A model generated the notes under the pieces. That model ran no database searches and was not told where the DNA came from. It was given only the letters and a program-made list of their open reading frames with translations. This document shows positions 8,705-19,079 of a stretch of DNA of 64,000 nt, in pieces; positions within the stretch are counted from its first letter, which is position 1; each line of letters begins with the position of its first letter. A program made the position numbers and the translations under genes. The stretch spans positions 5,248,001 to 5,312,000 of the forward strand of contig OZ250169.1 of the NCBI GenBank assembly GCA_965237955.1, read 5' to 3'. The stretch is from Candidatus Marinacidobacterales bacterium (GTDB lineage: Bacteria > Acidobacteriota > Vicinamibacteria > Marinacidobacterales > SMYC01).

Positions 8705-11700
8705 ATGAAACGCTTGGGTATGTTTGCTATCGGTTGGTTACTTGCGAGCAGCGGGCTCGTGTTTTCACAGGGAAGCCACAACGACTATGAGGAGAACGCT
8801 GCGAACGTTCTGGTGGATCACGCGCTCCTCGAGGGATTGGAGTTTCGAGACGTCGGCTTCACGCGTGGTGGACGATCCACCGCCGCCGTTGGCGTTCCGG
8901 AGCAGCCGCTCGTCTACTATTTCGGCGGGACCGGCGGTGGCGTGTTCAAGACCGCCGACGCCGGCAACAACTGGGAGAACGTGACCGACGGTTTCCTCGG
9001 TGTGGGATCGATCGGCTCCATCGCCGTGGCTCCATCGGACCCGAACGTCGTCTACGTCGGCACGGGATCGGCGTGCCCACGAGGCAATGTCTCTGCCGGG
9101 GACGGTATCTACAAATCGACGGATGCGGGCAAGACGTGGAAGCACATCGGTCTTCGTGATGCCGGCCAGATCGCCAAGATCCGCGTGCATCCGAACAACG
9201 CTGACCACGTCTACGTGGCCGCGCTCGGGTACATGTTTGGCTCGAATAAAGAACGCGGCGTCTTCCGCTCGATGGACGGCGGCGTGGAATGGGAGCACGT
9301 TCTTCCGATTAGCGATCGTACGGGCGTCGTCGATCTATCGATGGACGCGAACAACCCACGAATCCTTTTCGCGGGCGCGTGGGCGGCGGAGCGCAAACCG
9401 TGGGCGATGAACTCCGGCAGCGAAGACGACGGCATCTACCGCAGTGTCGACGCCGGAGACACCTGGAAGCGTCTCGAAGGCGGGCTTCCCACGGGAATCG
9501 TCGGGAAGACGAGCGTGGCCGTTTCACCCGCGAATTCGGATCGCGTGTGGGCGCTCATCGAAGCCGAGGGCGACAAAGGCGGTGTATACCGATCGGACGA
9601 CGGCGGTGAGAAATGGACGCGCATCACCGGCGACGCGAAACTGCGGCAACGTCCCTGGTACTACATCCACATCTATGCCGACCCGAAAGACGAGAACACC
9701 GTCTACGCGTTGAACACGGGCTTCTACAAATCCATCGATGGTGGCAAAACCTTCGACGAGCGCATTCGCGTGCCCCACGGCGATAACCACGATCTCTGGA
9801 TCAACCCGGACAACCCGATGAATATGATCAACGCCAACGACGGCGGCGCGAACGTGACCTTCAACAGCGGCGGCTCGTGGTCCAGTCTCCGGAACCAGCC
9901 AACGGCGGAAATCTACCGAGTGTTCGTCGATGACCAGTGGCCTTACCGCATCTATGGCTCCCAACAGGACAACAGCACCATCTCGGTTCCGAGCCGAAGC
10001 GGCGGCGGCTTCTCTCTGGTTCCCGATTGGTACTCCGTCGGGGGGTGCGAAAGCGGTCACATCGCTGTCGATCCGCGCGACCCCGACATTATTTATGCGG
10101 GTTGCTACGGCGGCAGCATTACTCGGGTGAACCTGAAGACCGGAGAGTCGCGGCAAATCCTCGCTTATCCGCAGCTTCAACTCGGCGCGGCGGCGCGCGA
10201 TCTCGACTATCGATTCCAATGGAACGCGCCGATTCGACTCTCACCGCAAGATCCCGACATCCTCTACCACGCGTCTCAAGTCGTTCACATGTCGCGAGAC
10301 GACGGGCAAAGCTGGAGCGTCATCAGCCCCGACCTCACCACGAACAATCCGGAGCATCAGGACTACGCCGGAGGGCCGATCACGTATGACAGCACCGGTG
10401 TCGAAGTCTACAACACCGTTTTTTCGTTCGAAGAGTCACCCCATACGCTGGGAGAGCTTTGGGCGGGCTCCGACGATGGGCGAGTACATATCTCGCGCGA
10501 TCGCGGCGCCACCTGGACCGAGATCACACCGGCGGGAATGCCCGAAGGCGGCACCGTCAACGTCGTCGAGCTTTCGGCGCACGCGCCCGGACGCGCTTTC
10601 ATTGCCGTCTACCGGTATCGCGAGAACGATTTCCGTCCCTACATTTTCCGCACCAACGACTACGGCGAGAGTTGGGACTTGCTCACCGACGGCACGAACG
10701 GTATTCCGGCGACGAACTTCACCAGGGCGATCCGTGAAGATCCCGATCGCAAGGGTCTTCTCTACGCCGGTACCGAGTTCGGGCTCTACATCTCGTTCGA
10801 CGACGGCGCTCGCTGGCAGCGGTTCCAGCTGAACTTGCCGGTGACCCCGGTGACCGACCTCCGCGTCCATCGCAAGAACCTGGTCGTGTCGACGCAGGGA
10901 CGCGCTTTCTGGGTTCTCGACAACCTCACGCCGCTTCATCAAATCGGTGATGAAATCGCGAGCGCCGATCACTGGCTTTACGCCCCCCGCACCGCGTTCC
11001 GGGGAACAGCCCTCGGGGGCGCGACGATCGACTATTACTTGAAGGACGTTCCTGAAGGCGAGATCACGCTCGACATTCTCGACGCGAACGGGAATTCAGT
11101 GCGGACCTACCATGGTGAAGCGGGAGACGAGCCCGAGCCCGAGAGCGACGGATTCTTCAGTGAACCTGACCTCAAACGAATACCGGTCGAGCAGGGCCTG
11201 AATCGATTCAACTGGGATCTTCGCGAGAAAGGTCCCGAGCTTCCGGAGGGCGTCGTGCACTGGGGCGGAACACCCGGTCTCAGCGTCGTTCCGGGCGCTT
11301 TCGAAGTCCGGCTCACTGTAGGCGAGTGGAGCCAGACGGAACCACTCGCGGTGGCGCTCAATCCGAGCGTCGAGACCACGGTCCGAGAGCTACGCGAGCA
11401 GTACGACCTCGGCAAGGAAGTCGCTTCGGAGATCGAGCTCCTCTTCGGCGCGCTGACCGATTTGCGTGACGTCAAGGCACAGTCGGCCGAAATCGTCGCG
11501 CGCATTGAGAAAGCGAAGGCGGGCGAGGAGAACGAAGAGATTGCCGCGGCGGCGAAAGCGCTCGACGAGAAGCTCATGGAAATCGAAGAGAAGATCACTC
11601 AGGTGAAGAGCAAGTCGCGCCAGGACCCGATCAACTTTCCGCCGATGATCGACAACCAGCTTACGACCCTCTACGGCTACATCGTCAGGTCGGACCATCC

Positions 11701-11875
11701 ACCGACGGCGGGCGCTTATCAGCGTTTCGACGATTTGAAGCCGGAGCTCGCGAGCCTGCGCGCCGAGTGGCAGGAGGTCGTTGCCAGCGACGTAGCGGCA
11801 TTCAATGAGTTGGTGGCGGGGTTCGATTTGCCGGCGGTTATCGTGGGAGTGGCTCCGACGACGGAGGATCGCTAG
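8705..11875 (+). CDS. VPS10/sortilin-like BNR-repeat beta-propeller protein (glycosyl hydrolase-like)
   Basis: Signal peptide and many SxDxGxTW Asp-box repeats; 1056 aa. Confidence 0.85.
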   Translation: MKRLGMFAIGWLLASSGLVFSQGSHNDYEENAANVLVDHALLEGLEFRDVGFTRGGRSTAAVGVPEQPLVYYFGGTGGGVFKTADAGNNWENVTDGFLGVGSIGSIAVAPSDPNVVYVGTGSACPRGNVSAGDGIYKSTDAGKTWKHIGLRDAGQIAKIRVHPNNADHVYVAALGYMFGSNKERGVFRSMDGGVEWEHVLPISDRTGVVDLSMDANNPRILFAGAWAAERKPWAMNSGSEDDGIYRSVDAGDTWKRLEGGLPTGIVGKTSVAVSPANSDRVWALIEAEGDKGGVYRSDDGGEKWTRITGDAKLRQRPWYYIHIYADPKDENTVYALNTGFYKSIDGGKTFDERIRVPHGDNHDLWINPDNPMNMINANDGGANVTFNSGGSWSSLRNQPTAEIYRVFVDDQWPYRIYGSQQDNSTISVPSRSGGGFSLVPDWYSVGGCESGHIAVDPRDPDIIYAGCYGGSITRVNLKTGESRQILAYPQLQLGAAARDLDYRFQWNAPIRLSPQDPDILYHASQVVHMSRDDGQSWSVISPDLTTNNPEHQDYAGGPITYDSTGVEVYNTVFSFEESPHTLGELWAGSDDGRVHISRDRGATWTEITPAGMPEGGTVNVVELSAHAPGRAFIAVYRYRENDFRPYIFRTNDYGESWDLLTDGTNGIPATNFTRAIREDPDRKGLLYAGTEFGLYISFDDGARWQRFQLNLPVTPVTDLRVHRKNLVVSTQGRAFWVLDNLTPLHQIGDEIASADHWLYAPRTAFRGTALGGATIDYYLKDVPEGEITLDILDANGNSVRTYHGEAGDEPEPESDGFFSEPDLKRIPVEQGLNRFNWDLREKGPELPEGVVHWGGTPGLSVVPGAFEVRLTVGEWSQTEPLAVALNPSVETTVRELREQYDLGKEVASEIELLFGALTDLRDVKAQSAEIVARIEKAKAGEENEEIAAAAKALDEKLMEIEEKITQVKSKSRQDPINFPPMIDNQLTTLYGYIVRSDHPPTAGAYQRFDDLKPELASLRAEWQEVVASDVAAFNELVAGFDLPAVIVGVAPTTEDR

Positions 11876-11982
11876 GTCGTTGGAGGGTGCGGTATTCGGC
11901 ATCCGGCATTCGGTTCAATTTGCGCCGGCGCGTTGTATCGGAGCTGTGCCTAGCCTTGATGTCGTGCCAACTGGCTAGATCG

Positions 11983-12495
11983 CTAGCGCTTTTTGGGTGG
12001 TGGTTGGGGGGGGAACGAGTCGAACATTTTTGTCAGGGCGTTCTGAACGATTTGCCGGTTTTTCCTCGCCTCGCGCTGGATCGTGGCCGTCGCGATGCCG
12101 CGTCACACGACTTGGTTCTCGTCGACGTCGACGATGTCGACGACGAGCGTGCCCGCGCGGTGGCTGTCGATGGTAATGGCTCCGGAAGAGGTCCAATCGC
12201 TTCGGTAGCCGCCGCCGATTCCGAACGACTCTTCCGCCGAGCCGTAGTAGGTGATGAAGAGGTCCGGCTCGTAGTCGTCTCTGAAGATGCCGTTTAACGA
12301 CATCACGCTGTCGATGTGGTCGACGATAATCCTGTCGGTCGCATCGGCGACGTCGTGCGATGGATTTTCGTGCCAGGTATAGGTTTGGTACTTGCTGAAG
12401 TCGGTGCCACGCTCCCACTTCACCCGTACGGTCTGAGCGAGCGCGATAGCGCTGAGCAAGGCGGTGACGAGGACGATTCGGGCAACGAGCTTCAT
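11983..12495 (-). pseudogene. DUF4136-domain exported protein with in-frame TGA
   Basis: DFSKYQTYTW...GTLVVDIVD...QVV*RGIAT...MFDSFPP; TGA at 12103-12105 replaces the usual Trp and the frame continues to TAG at 11983. Confidence 0.7.
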
Positions 12496-12880
12496 GCGAA
12501 AGAGTATAGCCATTAACGAAGACGACGTCGCCCGCCGGTTCGAATCGCCGGACGGGATGGTCGTTCTTGTGGGGAAGAGCGCTGCCGGCAATGACATCCT
12601 CACATTCAAGGTGGCGGCCCAGAAGGATTTCTGGATGCACGTTGCGGGGGAATCGGGCTCCCACGTGGTGGTCCGGAATCCCGAGAACCTCGATACGTTG
12701 CCGCGTGAGACGTTGCGCTACGCGGCGTCGCTGGCAGCGCGGTACTCGAGAGCGAAGAACGCAAAGAAGGTCACCGTGCACGTGGCTCGTCGGAAGGATG
12801 TCCAGAAACTGCGGGGCATGCTGGCGGGGAAGGTGGTTTTAAAGCGCTACAAGAGCGTGAAAGTCGAGCCTCATCAGTAG
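12494..12880 (+). CDS. NFACT RNA-binding domain protein (DUF814-like)
   Basis: VGKSAAGNDILTFK...DFWMHVAGESGSHVV...AASLAARYS; start uncertain. Confidence 0.8.
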   Translation: MRKSIAINEDDVARRFESPDGMVVLVGKSAAGNDILTFKVAAQKDFWMHVAGESGSHVVVRNPENLDTLPRETLRYAASLAARYSRAKNAKKVTVHVARRKDVQKLRGMLAGKVVLKRYKSVKVEPHQ

Positions 12881-13636
12881 AAACGGTATAGTCGCGAGAT
12901 CCAGGGCACGGATCTCGCTCACGAGCTCGTCATGGTGGGTGCGCACATGGACTCGTGGCATGCGGGCGTTGGCGCGACCGACAATGGCGCCGGGAGCTCT
13001 GTGGCGCTCGAGGCTATCCGTATCCTCACGGCGATCGGCGTCAGTCCGAGACGCACCATTCGTGTCGCGCTTTGGGCTGGGGAGGAGCAGGGCCTCATCG
13101 GATCTCGCGAGTTCGTAAAAGCGTACTTCGCCTCTCGACCCGAGAACCCGGAGCAAGAGAAACTTCCCTGGTTCCTGAGGGAGGAGACCTGGCCGCTCAC
13201 GTTGAAGCCGGCCCACGAGAACGTCGCCGCGTATTTCAACCTTGATAACGGAAGCGGCAAGATACGCGGCGTGTGGGCGCAAGAGAACGCCGCCGTCGTT
13301 CCCATTTTCGAAGCGTGGCTCGAGCCGTTTCACGATCTCGGTGCGACGACGGTTTCCCTTCGCAATACGGGGGGCACAGATCACCTTTCGTTCGACGCGG
13401 TCGGTTTGCCGGGCTTTCAATTTATCCAGGATTACCTCGACTATGGGACCATCACACACACCAACCTGGATACCTACGACCACCTCCGCGAAGATGACTT
13501 GAAGCAGGCGTCCGTGATCATGGCGTCGTTTCTCTACCACGCGGCGACGAGAGACGAGAAGCTTCCACGCAAGCCGATGCCCAAGGAGAAAGAGGAAGCG
13601 CACGCAGGGGTTGTGTCTCCCGAGTCCAATCGATAA
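12881..13636 (+). pseudogene. M28 family peptidase, 5'-truncated
   Basis: GAHMDSW, ATDNGAG, WAGEEQG, NLDNG, GTDH motifs; N-terminal and PA domains missing, begins directly after the NFACT stop. Confidence 0.75.
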
Positions 13637-13660
13637 AGTGTCACGAATGAGGGTTCGTTT

Positions 13661-15801
13661 ATGGCACTCAGCGTTGGAACACGCCTAGGCCCCTACGAGA
13701 TCGTCGCTCCGATTGGAGCCGGTGGCATGGGCGAGGTCTATAAGGCCACCGACAGCCGCCTCGAGCGAACGGTGGCGATCAAAGTCCTCCCCGAGCATCT
13801 CGCCGAAAGCGCCGAGCGGAAACAGCGCTTCGAGCGAGAAGCGAAGGCCATCTCTCAGCTCAACCACCCGCACATCTGTACCCTGTACGACATCGGAAAC
13901 CAGGACGGCATCGACTACCTGGTGATGGAGTACATCGAGGGGGGAACTCTCGCGGATCGGTTGAAGCGCGAGCCGCTGTCTCCACGAGAGGCCCTCACGT
14001 TCGCGATACAGATTGCAGAGGCTCTCGACGAGGCGCATCGTCACGGGATCGTTCATCGTGATCTCAAGCCGGCGAATATCGTTCTCACGGAATCGGGCGT
14101 CAAGCTCCTCGACTTCGGACTCGCCAAGCTTATGCCACCGACGTTGGGCGAGGATAGCTCTTCGCTTCCGACCGAACAGAAACCTCTGACCAGGGAAGGT
14201 GCGATCCTCGGCACGTTCCAGCACATGGCTCCGGAGCAGCTCGAGGGGAAGGAAGCCGACGCTCGGACGGACTTGTTCGCGCTCGGTGTGGTCCTCTACG
14301 AGATGCTGACGGGCAACAAGGCCTTCGAGGGCCAGACGCAAGCCAGTCTGATTGCGGCGATCCTGGAGCGCGAGCCCGAGGCGGTGTCGACGAGCCAACC
14401 ACTCTCGCCGCGATCGCTCGATCGCGTTGTGTCGCGGTGCCTGGCAAAGGATCCGGCCCACCGGTGGGAGGGCGCGCGAGACGTTCGGGAAGTTCTGAGC
14501 TGGATTGCGGAAGACGGGGACTCTCATACGGCGGCGGAGGTCGAAGCACGTGGAGCGCACCGCGCCTGGCTGCCATGGGCCGTGGCCGCACTGGCGGCGG
14601 CGTTTAGCGTCGCCGCGTGGTTCGGGGTCGCGACACCCGACCCTCCCGACGAGCGCGGGGTCGCACACTTGACGATCACACCACCACCCGATGCGCCGTT
14701 GATTCCCACCCCGGCTGGCCGGGATCTCGCCATATCGCCGAACGGGGAGCACGTCGTCTACTCGGGGGGCGGACCGCGTCAGCTTTACGTGCGTCGCCTC
14801 GCCGAGACGGAGACCACGACTTTGGTCGGCGCCGGCGGGGGTCCGCGAAGTCCCTTTTTCTCGCCGGACAGCGAGTGGGTCGGCTTTATGCAGGATACGG
14901 CGCTAAAGAAAATCTAGGTGCGGGGTGGGCCGACGACGACACTAGCTGAGTTACAACAGAATTTGGCCGGCGCTAGCTGGGGGCCGAACGGCGACATCGT
15001 CTTTTGGGGAGCCGATGTCGAAACAGGCCTTATGCGTATCTCCTCGGCCGGAGGGGAGGTGGAAGTTCTGACGACACCTGACGTTTCCGCGGGGGAATTC
15101 GATCACGCCTGGCCCGAGCATCTTCCGGGCGGGAAGGCGGTGCTGTTCGACATCCTTTCGTCGACCGCCGGTCCTCTGGAAAGCCAGATCGCTTGCCTGG
15201 AACTCGCGACCGGTGAGCGAAAAGTCCTCTTGCCTGGTGGAGCCAATGCGCGCTACGTAGCGACCGGGCCACATCCTTTATGTGGCGGAAGGGGCCCTGA
15301 GGGCCGTCGGTTTCGACGTCGAGCGGCTCGAGCTCGAGGGCAACCCGTTTCCCGCCGTCGAGCAAGTGAATCAGAAGCTCAGTTTGGGAGCGAACTACAC
15401 CGTTTCCCGAAACGGAACGCTCGTCTACAACTCCAACGCCGGGACGCCGGATCAGCGCGTCCTGATGTGGGTGGATCGGGAGGGCCGGGGCACTCCCGTT
15501 CCGTTGCCCGCGGCCGCGTACAACGCACCGAGCTTGTCGCCCGATGGATCGCAGCTTGCGCTTTCCATCACCGACGAGTCCGGTACGAACATATGGGTTT
15601 ATGACATCGAGCGCGGGACACTGGGGAAGCGAACGTTCGGAGGGTTCAATAACTTTCCGATCTGGACGCCCGATGGTGAGGAGATCTTCTATACCACCGG
15701 AACCCTCATGCGGATGCGCGCCGACGGTGCCAGCGGTGGCGAAGGGCTGGGAATCGAGATCCCCGCATCGAATGGCCAAGTGCCCACGTCCTGGTCCACA
15801 G
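13661..15801 (+). pseudogene. Eukaryotic-like Ser/Thr kinase with TM and PD40/TolB-like repeats, disrupted
   Basis: GAGGMGEVY, VAIK, HRDLKPAN, DFG, APE; in-frame TAG at 14915, frameshift at about 15270, truncated by IS5 at 15802. Confidence 0.85.
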
Positions 15802-16915
15802 GGCGTTGGTGCACGAATAGCTCTTGACTCCGGCAAGCGCTTCGACTCAGCTTCTCGATACATTGAAGATCGAGGAGATGAGCCGATGGCCGTGCGCAAG
15901 TCCACCAGAGTGAACCGTAAATACAAGACAAAGTATCGCGTGACCAACTGGCGGGAGTACGAGCGTGGCCTCAGGAGCCGTGGCGACATCACCGTTTGGT
16001 TCTCAGACGAGGCGCGCGAAGCGTGGACACCACCGAAGAACGGCCGCCCGGGTGGCCAGCCGCGCTACTCGAATCTGGCAATCGTGACGGCGTTGACGTT
16101 GCGCATGGTCTTTCACCTTCCGCTCCGACAGACCGAGGGATTCCTCAACTCGTTGTTGCGGTTGATGGAGCTCGACCTGAAAGCACCGGACCACACCACG
16201 CTGTCGCGGCGGAACAAAGACGTCGACGTGCCTTCACCTAGCAGGGTGCTTGATGGCCCGATACATCTGATCGTCGATTCCACTGGACTGAAAATCTCGG
16301 GTGCCGGTGAGTGGCACGCCCACAGGCACAAGAGCTCGAAGGCGCGTCGACAATGGCGGAAGCTGCACGTCGGCGTGGATGACGACGGCTTCATCGTGGC
16401 GGCGAAGCTCACGAAGAGCAGCGAGGACGATCCGTCCACTGTCCCGTGTCTGCTCGAACAGGTCGACTCTCCGATCCGACGTTTCACAGCCGATGGGGCC
16501 TACGATACTCGGTCAGTGTACGAGCTGCTCGGTGAGGCCGGCACCGCGGACATCAAGATCGTGATCCCACCTCGACGAGGGGCGGTGCCTTCGGACGGCG
16601 CCGAGGGCACGTGGGCGCAGCGGAACGCGACCCTCGAGACGATTCGCAAAGTCGGGCGCCAAGGCTGGCAGCGGGAGTCACGGTATCGACGACAGGGCGC
16701 GGTCGAGAATCTTTTCTTCAGGTACAAGCGCACGCTCGGAAACAGCCTTCGTGCGCGAGGCTACGAATCGCAGAAGCGGGAGGCAGGGATCGGGTGCAAT
16801 GTATTGAACCGGATGGCTGAGCTGGGCAAGCCTGAATCCCAAGCGATCGTCGGGGGGTAAGTTGGGCCGCCAAAAGGTCCCGTGCGTGTCCCGAACTGAT
16901 TCATGCACCAACGCC
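15802..16915 (+). mobile_element. IS5 family (IS903-type) insertion sequence
   Basis: TIRs GGCGTTGGTGCACGAAT / ATTCATGCACCAACGCC enclosing a transposase; no target duplication. Confidence 0.9.
15886..16860 (+). CDS. IS5 family transposase
   Basis: YRVTNWREYERGLRSRG, IVDSTG, WRKLH, ADGAYD, YRRQGAVE. Confidence 0.93.
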   Translation: MAVRKSTRVNRKYKTKYRVTNWREYERGLRSRGDITVWFSDEAREAWTPPKNGRPGGQPRYSNLAIVTALTLRMVFHLPLRQTEGFLNSLLRLMELDLKAPDHTTLSRRNKDVDVPSPSRVLDGPIHLIVDSTGLKISGAGEWHAHRHKSSKARRQWRKLHVGVDDDGFIVAAKLTKSSEDDPSTVPCLLEQVDSPIRRFTADGAYDTRSVYELLGEAGTADIKIVIPPRRGAVPSDGAEGTWAQRNATLETIRKVGRQGWQRESRYRRQGAVENLFFRYKRTLGNSLRARGYESQKREAGIGCNVLNRMAELGKPESQAIVGG

Positions 16916-17775
16916 GCCTCACGCGCCTGCTCCAGACACTCTTCGACCGTCGGCTTGCGGCGAAATCCACTCGACGAAGCGTTCGCGCGCACCTTCGTCC
17001 CATCCAGCATGACTCGCTCGAGCGTGATCAATCCGTCCGAACTCAGAACTCCCAGAGCTTGCACAAACAACTCGTCCAGGATCTCCCTATGAATCATCCG
17101 AAAGTCCGACAGCGTGTGCGCACTGATGCTCTGCATTCCGCTGAGCCATTGATACGCCGGATGATGTTCGCACAGCCGCTCAACCGCGCGGGCCGAACTC
17201 ACGGCTTGGCTGTAGCTGTAGACCCACAGGCTCACCAGTAGCTGAGGATCAAACGCAGGCCGGCCTGCGCCACCCGCGACCGAGCGGACTTGATCCGTGT
17301 ACCCGCTGAGATCCAGCCGACCCACGAACTCCCAGATCGCACGCGCTGGGTGATCCTCTGGGATCAAACGCTCCACGTCGACCGTCCGCAGCAGCAGCTG
17401 CGCCCTATCGACCACCTTCAACCGAGCTTGTGTCACGCGCGCTCCCTCATCGCCGTCATCACCATCGCTGCGTTTTCGCGGACTCGGAAAGCCTGGAAGT
17501 GACGTTTGCTTATCACCCACGTTTACCCCGCTTCCTCCCACGCTTTGCCTTAGGCGTCCGACGCACAATCAGTGTGTTTCGATCCTCCACCACCCACTCC
17601 AGCTCCTCGCCCGGCTCCATCTCTAGCGCCTGGGCTAAAGGTGACGGGCAAATCACATAGAACTGACGGGTGTCGTTGGCTCGCTTGATCACCTGCAGCT
17701 TTGTCACGTATCCCATGCTGGTCACTCTATAACATAGCTGTACCGCTAGTCAAGCTTAATTTTTTTCTCACGTCC
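16916..17775 (-). mobile_element. IS1182-family element, copy C (left end only, truncated by IS5)
   Basis: Near-identical to 53839-54698; left TIR GGACGTGAGAAAAAA at 17775; transposase 5' half (GTG at 17520) stops at the IS5 end. Confidence 0.9.
17513..17716 (-). CDS. AbrB/MazE/SpoVT-like small DNA-binding passenger protein of the IS1182 element
   Basis: MGYVTKLQVIKR...FYVICPSPLAQALEMEPGEELEWVVED, a swapped-hairpin-like pattern; identical in three copies. Confidence 0.65.
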   Translation of the reverse strand: MGYVTKLQVIKRANDTRQFYVICPSPLAQALEMEPGEELEWVVEDRNTLIVRRTPKAKRGRKRGKRG

Positions 17776-17776
17776 A

Positions 17777-18118
17777 CTGTTTGGGCCTAGTTACGAGCTG
17801 CACGTAGCTCTGTCACGAAAGAAGAGAAATCTTGGAGCTGAGCTCGCGCAATTATACGAAACGTTTTATGCTTCTATCCGCTCATTCCAGCCTGGAATCA
17901 GCGAACGCCAGAATCCGCAGGTAAGCGAGCTGTCGCTGGACACAATAAAAACGTTCGAGCAAAAGGTGATCGACCTTAGAGAATGGCCGTATCCTCATGT
18001 CTTCAGCACAGTGATAACTGTCGTGCTTATGCAATTCTTGACAGTTGGCATAGGGACGACGCTCGAGTCTGGCGGCCCGCTCTTGGCGCTATTCATCTCG
18101 GGGTTCCTGTCACGGTGA
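17777..18118 (+). pseudogene. 3' remnant of a lower-GC membrane protein cut by the IS
   Basis: 113 open codons without a start (LFGPSYELHVALSRKK...EWPYPHVFSTVITVVLMQFLTVG...). Confidence 0.5.
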
Positions 18119-18374
18119 GAACAAGCGGCGGCAGCGAACCCTCCACGAGTCAGCCGAGCCCTCACCAACGATGCCTGCCAAGTCAAAGCACCTCCTTAGA
18201 CGTGACCGCATCACCCAGGACCGGAGTGGCATTGCTCTCATGGCCTCCCACGCGTGTGGCCGTTGTTTTCAATCTACGGATTACGCATCCGAAGTGCCCT
18301 TGGAAGCCACTCTGCAACTTCCCAGAGGTGGTGACAACTTGGTGTCAGCATCAATGAAGAGAGACGGCCCCGCA

Positions 18375-18401
18375 AACATTTACGCGCACGCGCTGCCGTC
18401 G
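18375..18401 (+). pseudogene. Possible tyrosine integrase C-terminal remnant
   Basis: NIYAHALPS resembles the catalytic-Tyr tail of tyrosine integrases; about 130 bp from the tRNA 3' end. Confidence 0.35.
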
Positions 18402-18529
18402 AGACGGATCTCGGAGTTGCTGAAGCAAGGGTGTCGCCCCCACCTGCTCTGGCTCAAATGGTGGCTGTACGGTGGCTTTCGCTTGATAGCTCTTTCCATC
18501 TTGTTGAAAACAAAACGTCTTAGGCTATG

Positions 18530-18616
18530 TGGTGCCGAAGGGGGGATTCGAACCCCCACAGGTGTTACCCCATACGCCCCTCAAGCGCACGTGTCTACCA
18601 ATTCCACCACTTCGGC
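18530..18616 (-). tRNA. tRNA-Leu(GAG)
   Basis: GCCGAAG...CTTCGGC-A-CCA acceptor, anticodon loop TTGAGGG, long variable arm, GGTTCGAATC. Confidence 0.96.
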
Positions 18617-18689
18617 AACTCAGGTAGGACCCCGAAGGACCGCCATTATAAGAATGCAGGGCAGGCCCTGCAAGGAAATGCGGTCGTCG

Positions 18690-19076
18690 CTATTGCTGCG
18701 GCGGGTCTTCCGCTTCGTCCTCTGCTTCCTCCTCGGCCGCGGCGTCGGTCTCGTCGTCGGCCTCGTCCGCACCTGGCTCGGCCGCGACGGGCTCGCTCGC
18801 TTCAGTGGGGGACGGGGTGTCCGGAATGACGGTATCCCCGGCGACGACAGGTTTCAGATAGCTCAGGCTCAAAGACGTGACCATAAAGAGGATAGCGGCG
18901 CCGGCGGTGATTTTGGACAGGAGCGATGCCGTGCCCCGGGCGCCGAAAGCGGTCTGGGAGCCCGTGCCGCCGAAGGCGCTGGCGAGGTCTTGACCCTTAC
19001 CCGTTTGGGCGAGGACGACCAAAATCAGAAACAAACTCACCAACACATGAACGATGGTGATCAGGATGGTCAACAT
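18690..19076 (-). CDS. secG: Preprotein translocase subunit SecG
   Basis: VLAQTGKGQDLASAFGG...FGARG...LSKIT; canonical tpiA-secG-tRNA-Leu order. Confidence 0.95.
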   Translation of the reverse strand: MLTILITIVHVLVSLFLILVVLAQTGKGQDLASAFGGTGSQTAFGARGTASLLSKITAGAAILFMVTSLSLSYLKPVVAGDTVIPDTPSPTEASEPVAAEPGADEADDETDAAAEEEAEDEAEDPPQQ

Positions 19077-19079
19077 TAT

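Noticed and set aside
12103-14917. In-frame TGA at a Trp position and in-frame TAG as possible stop-codon recoding
   Set aside because: Many intact genes here end in TGA or TAG; each case is a single substitution (TGG>TGA, probably TCG>TAG), and the kinase has other lesions
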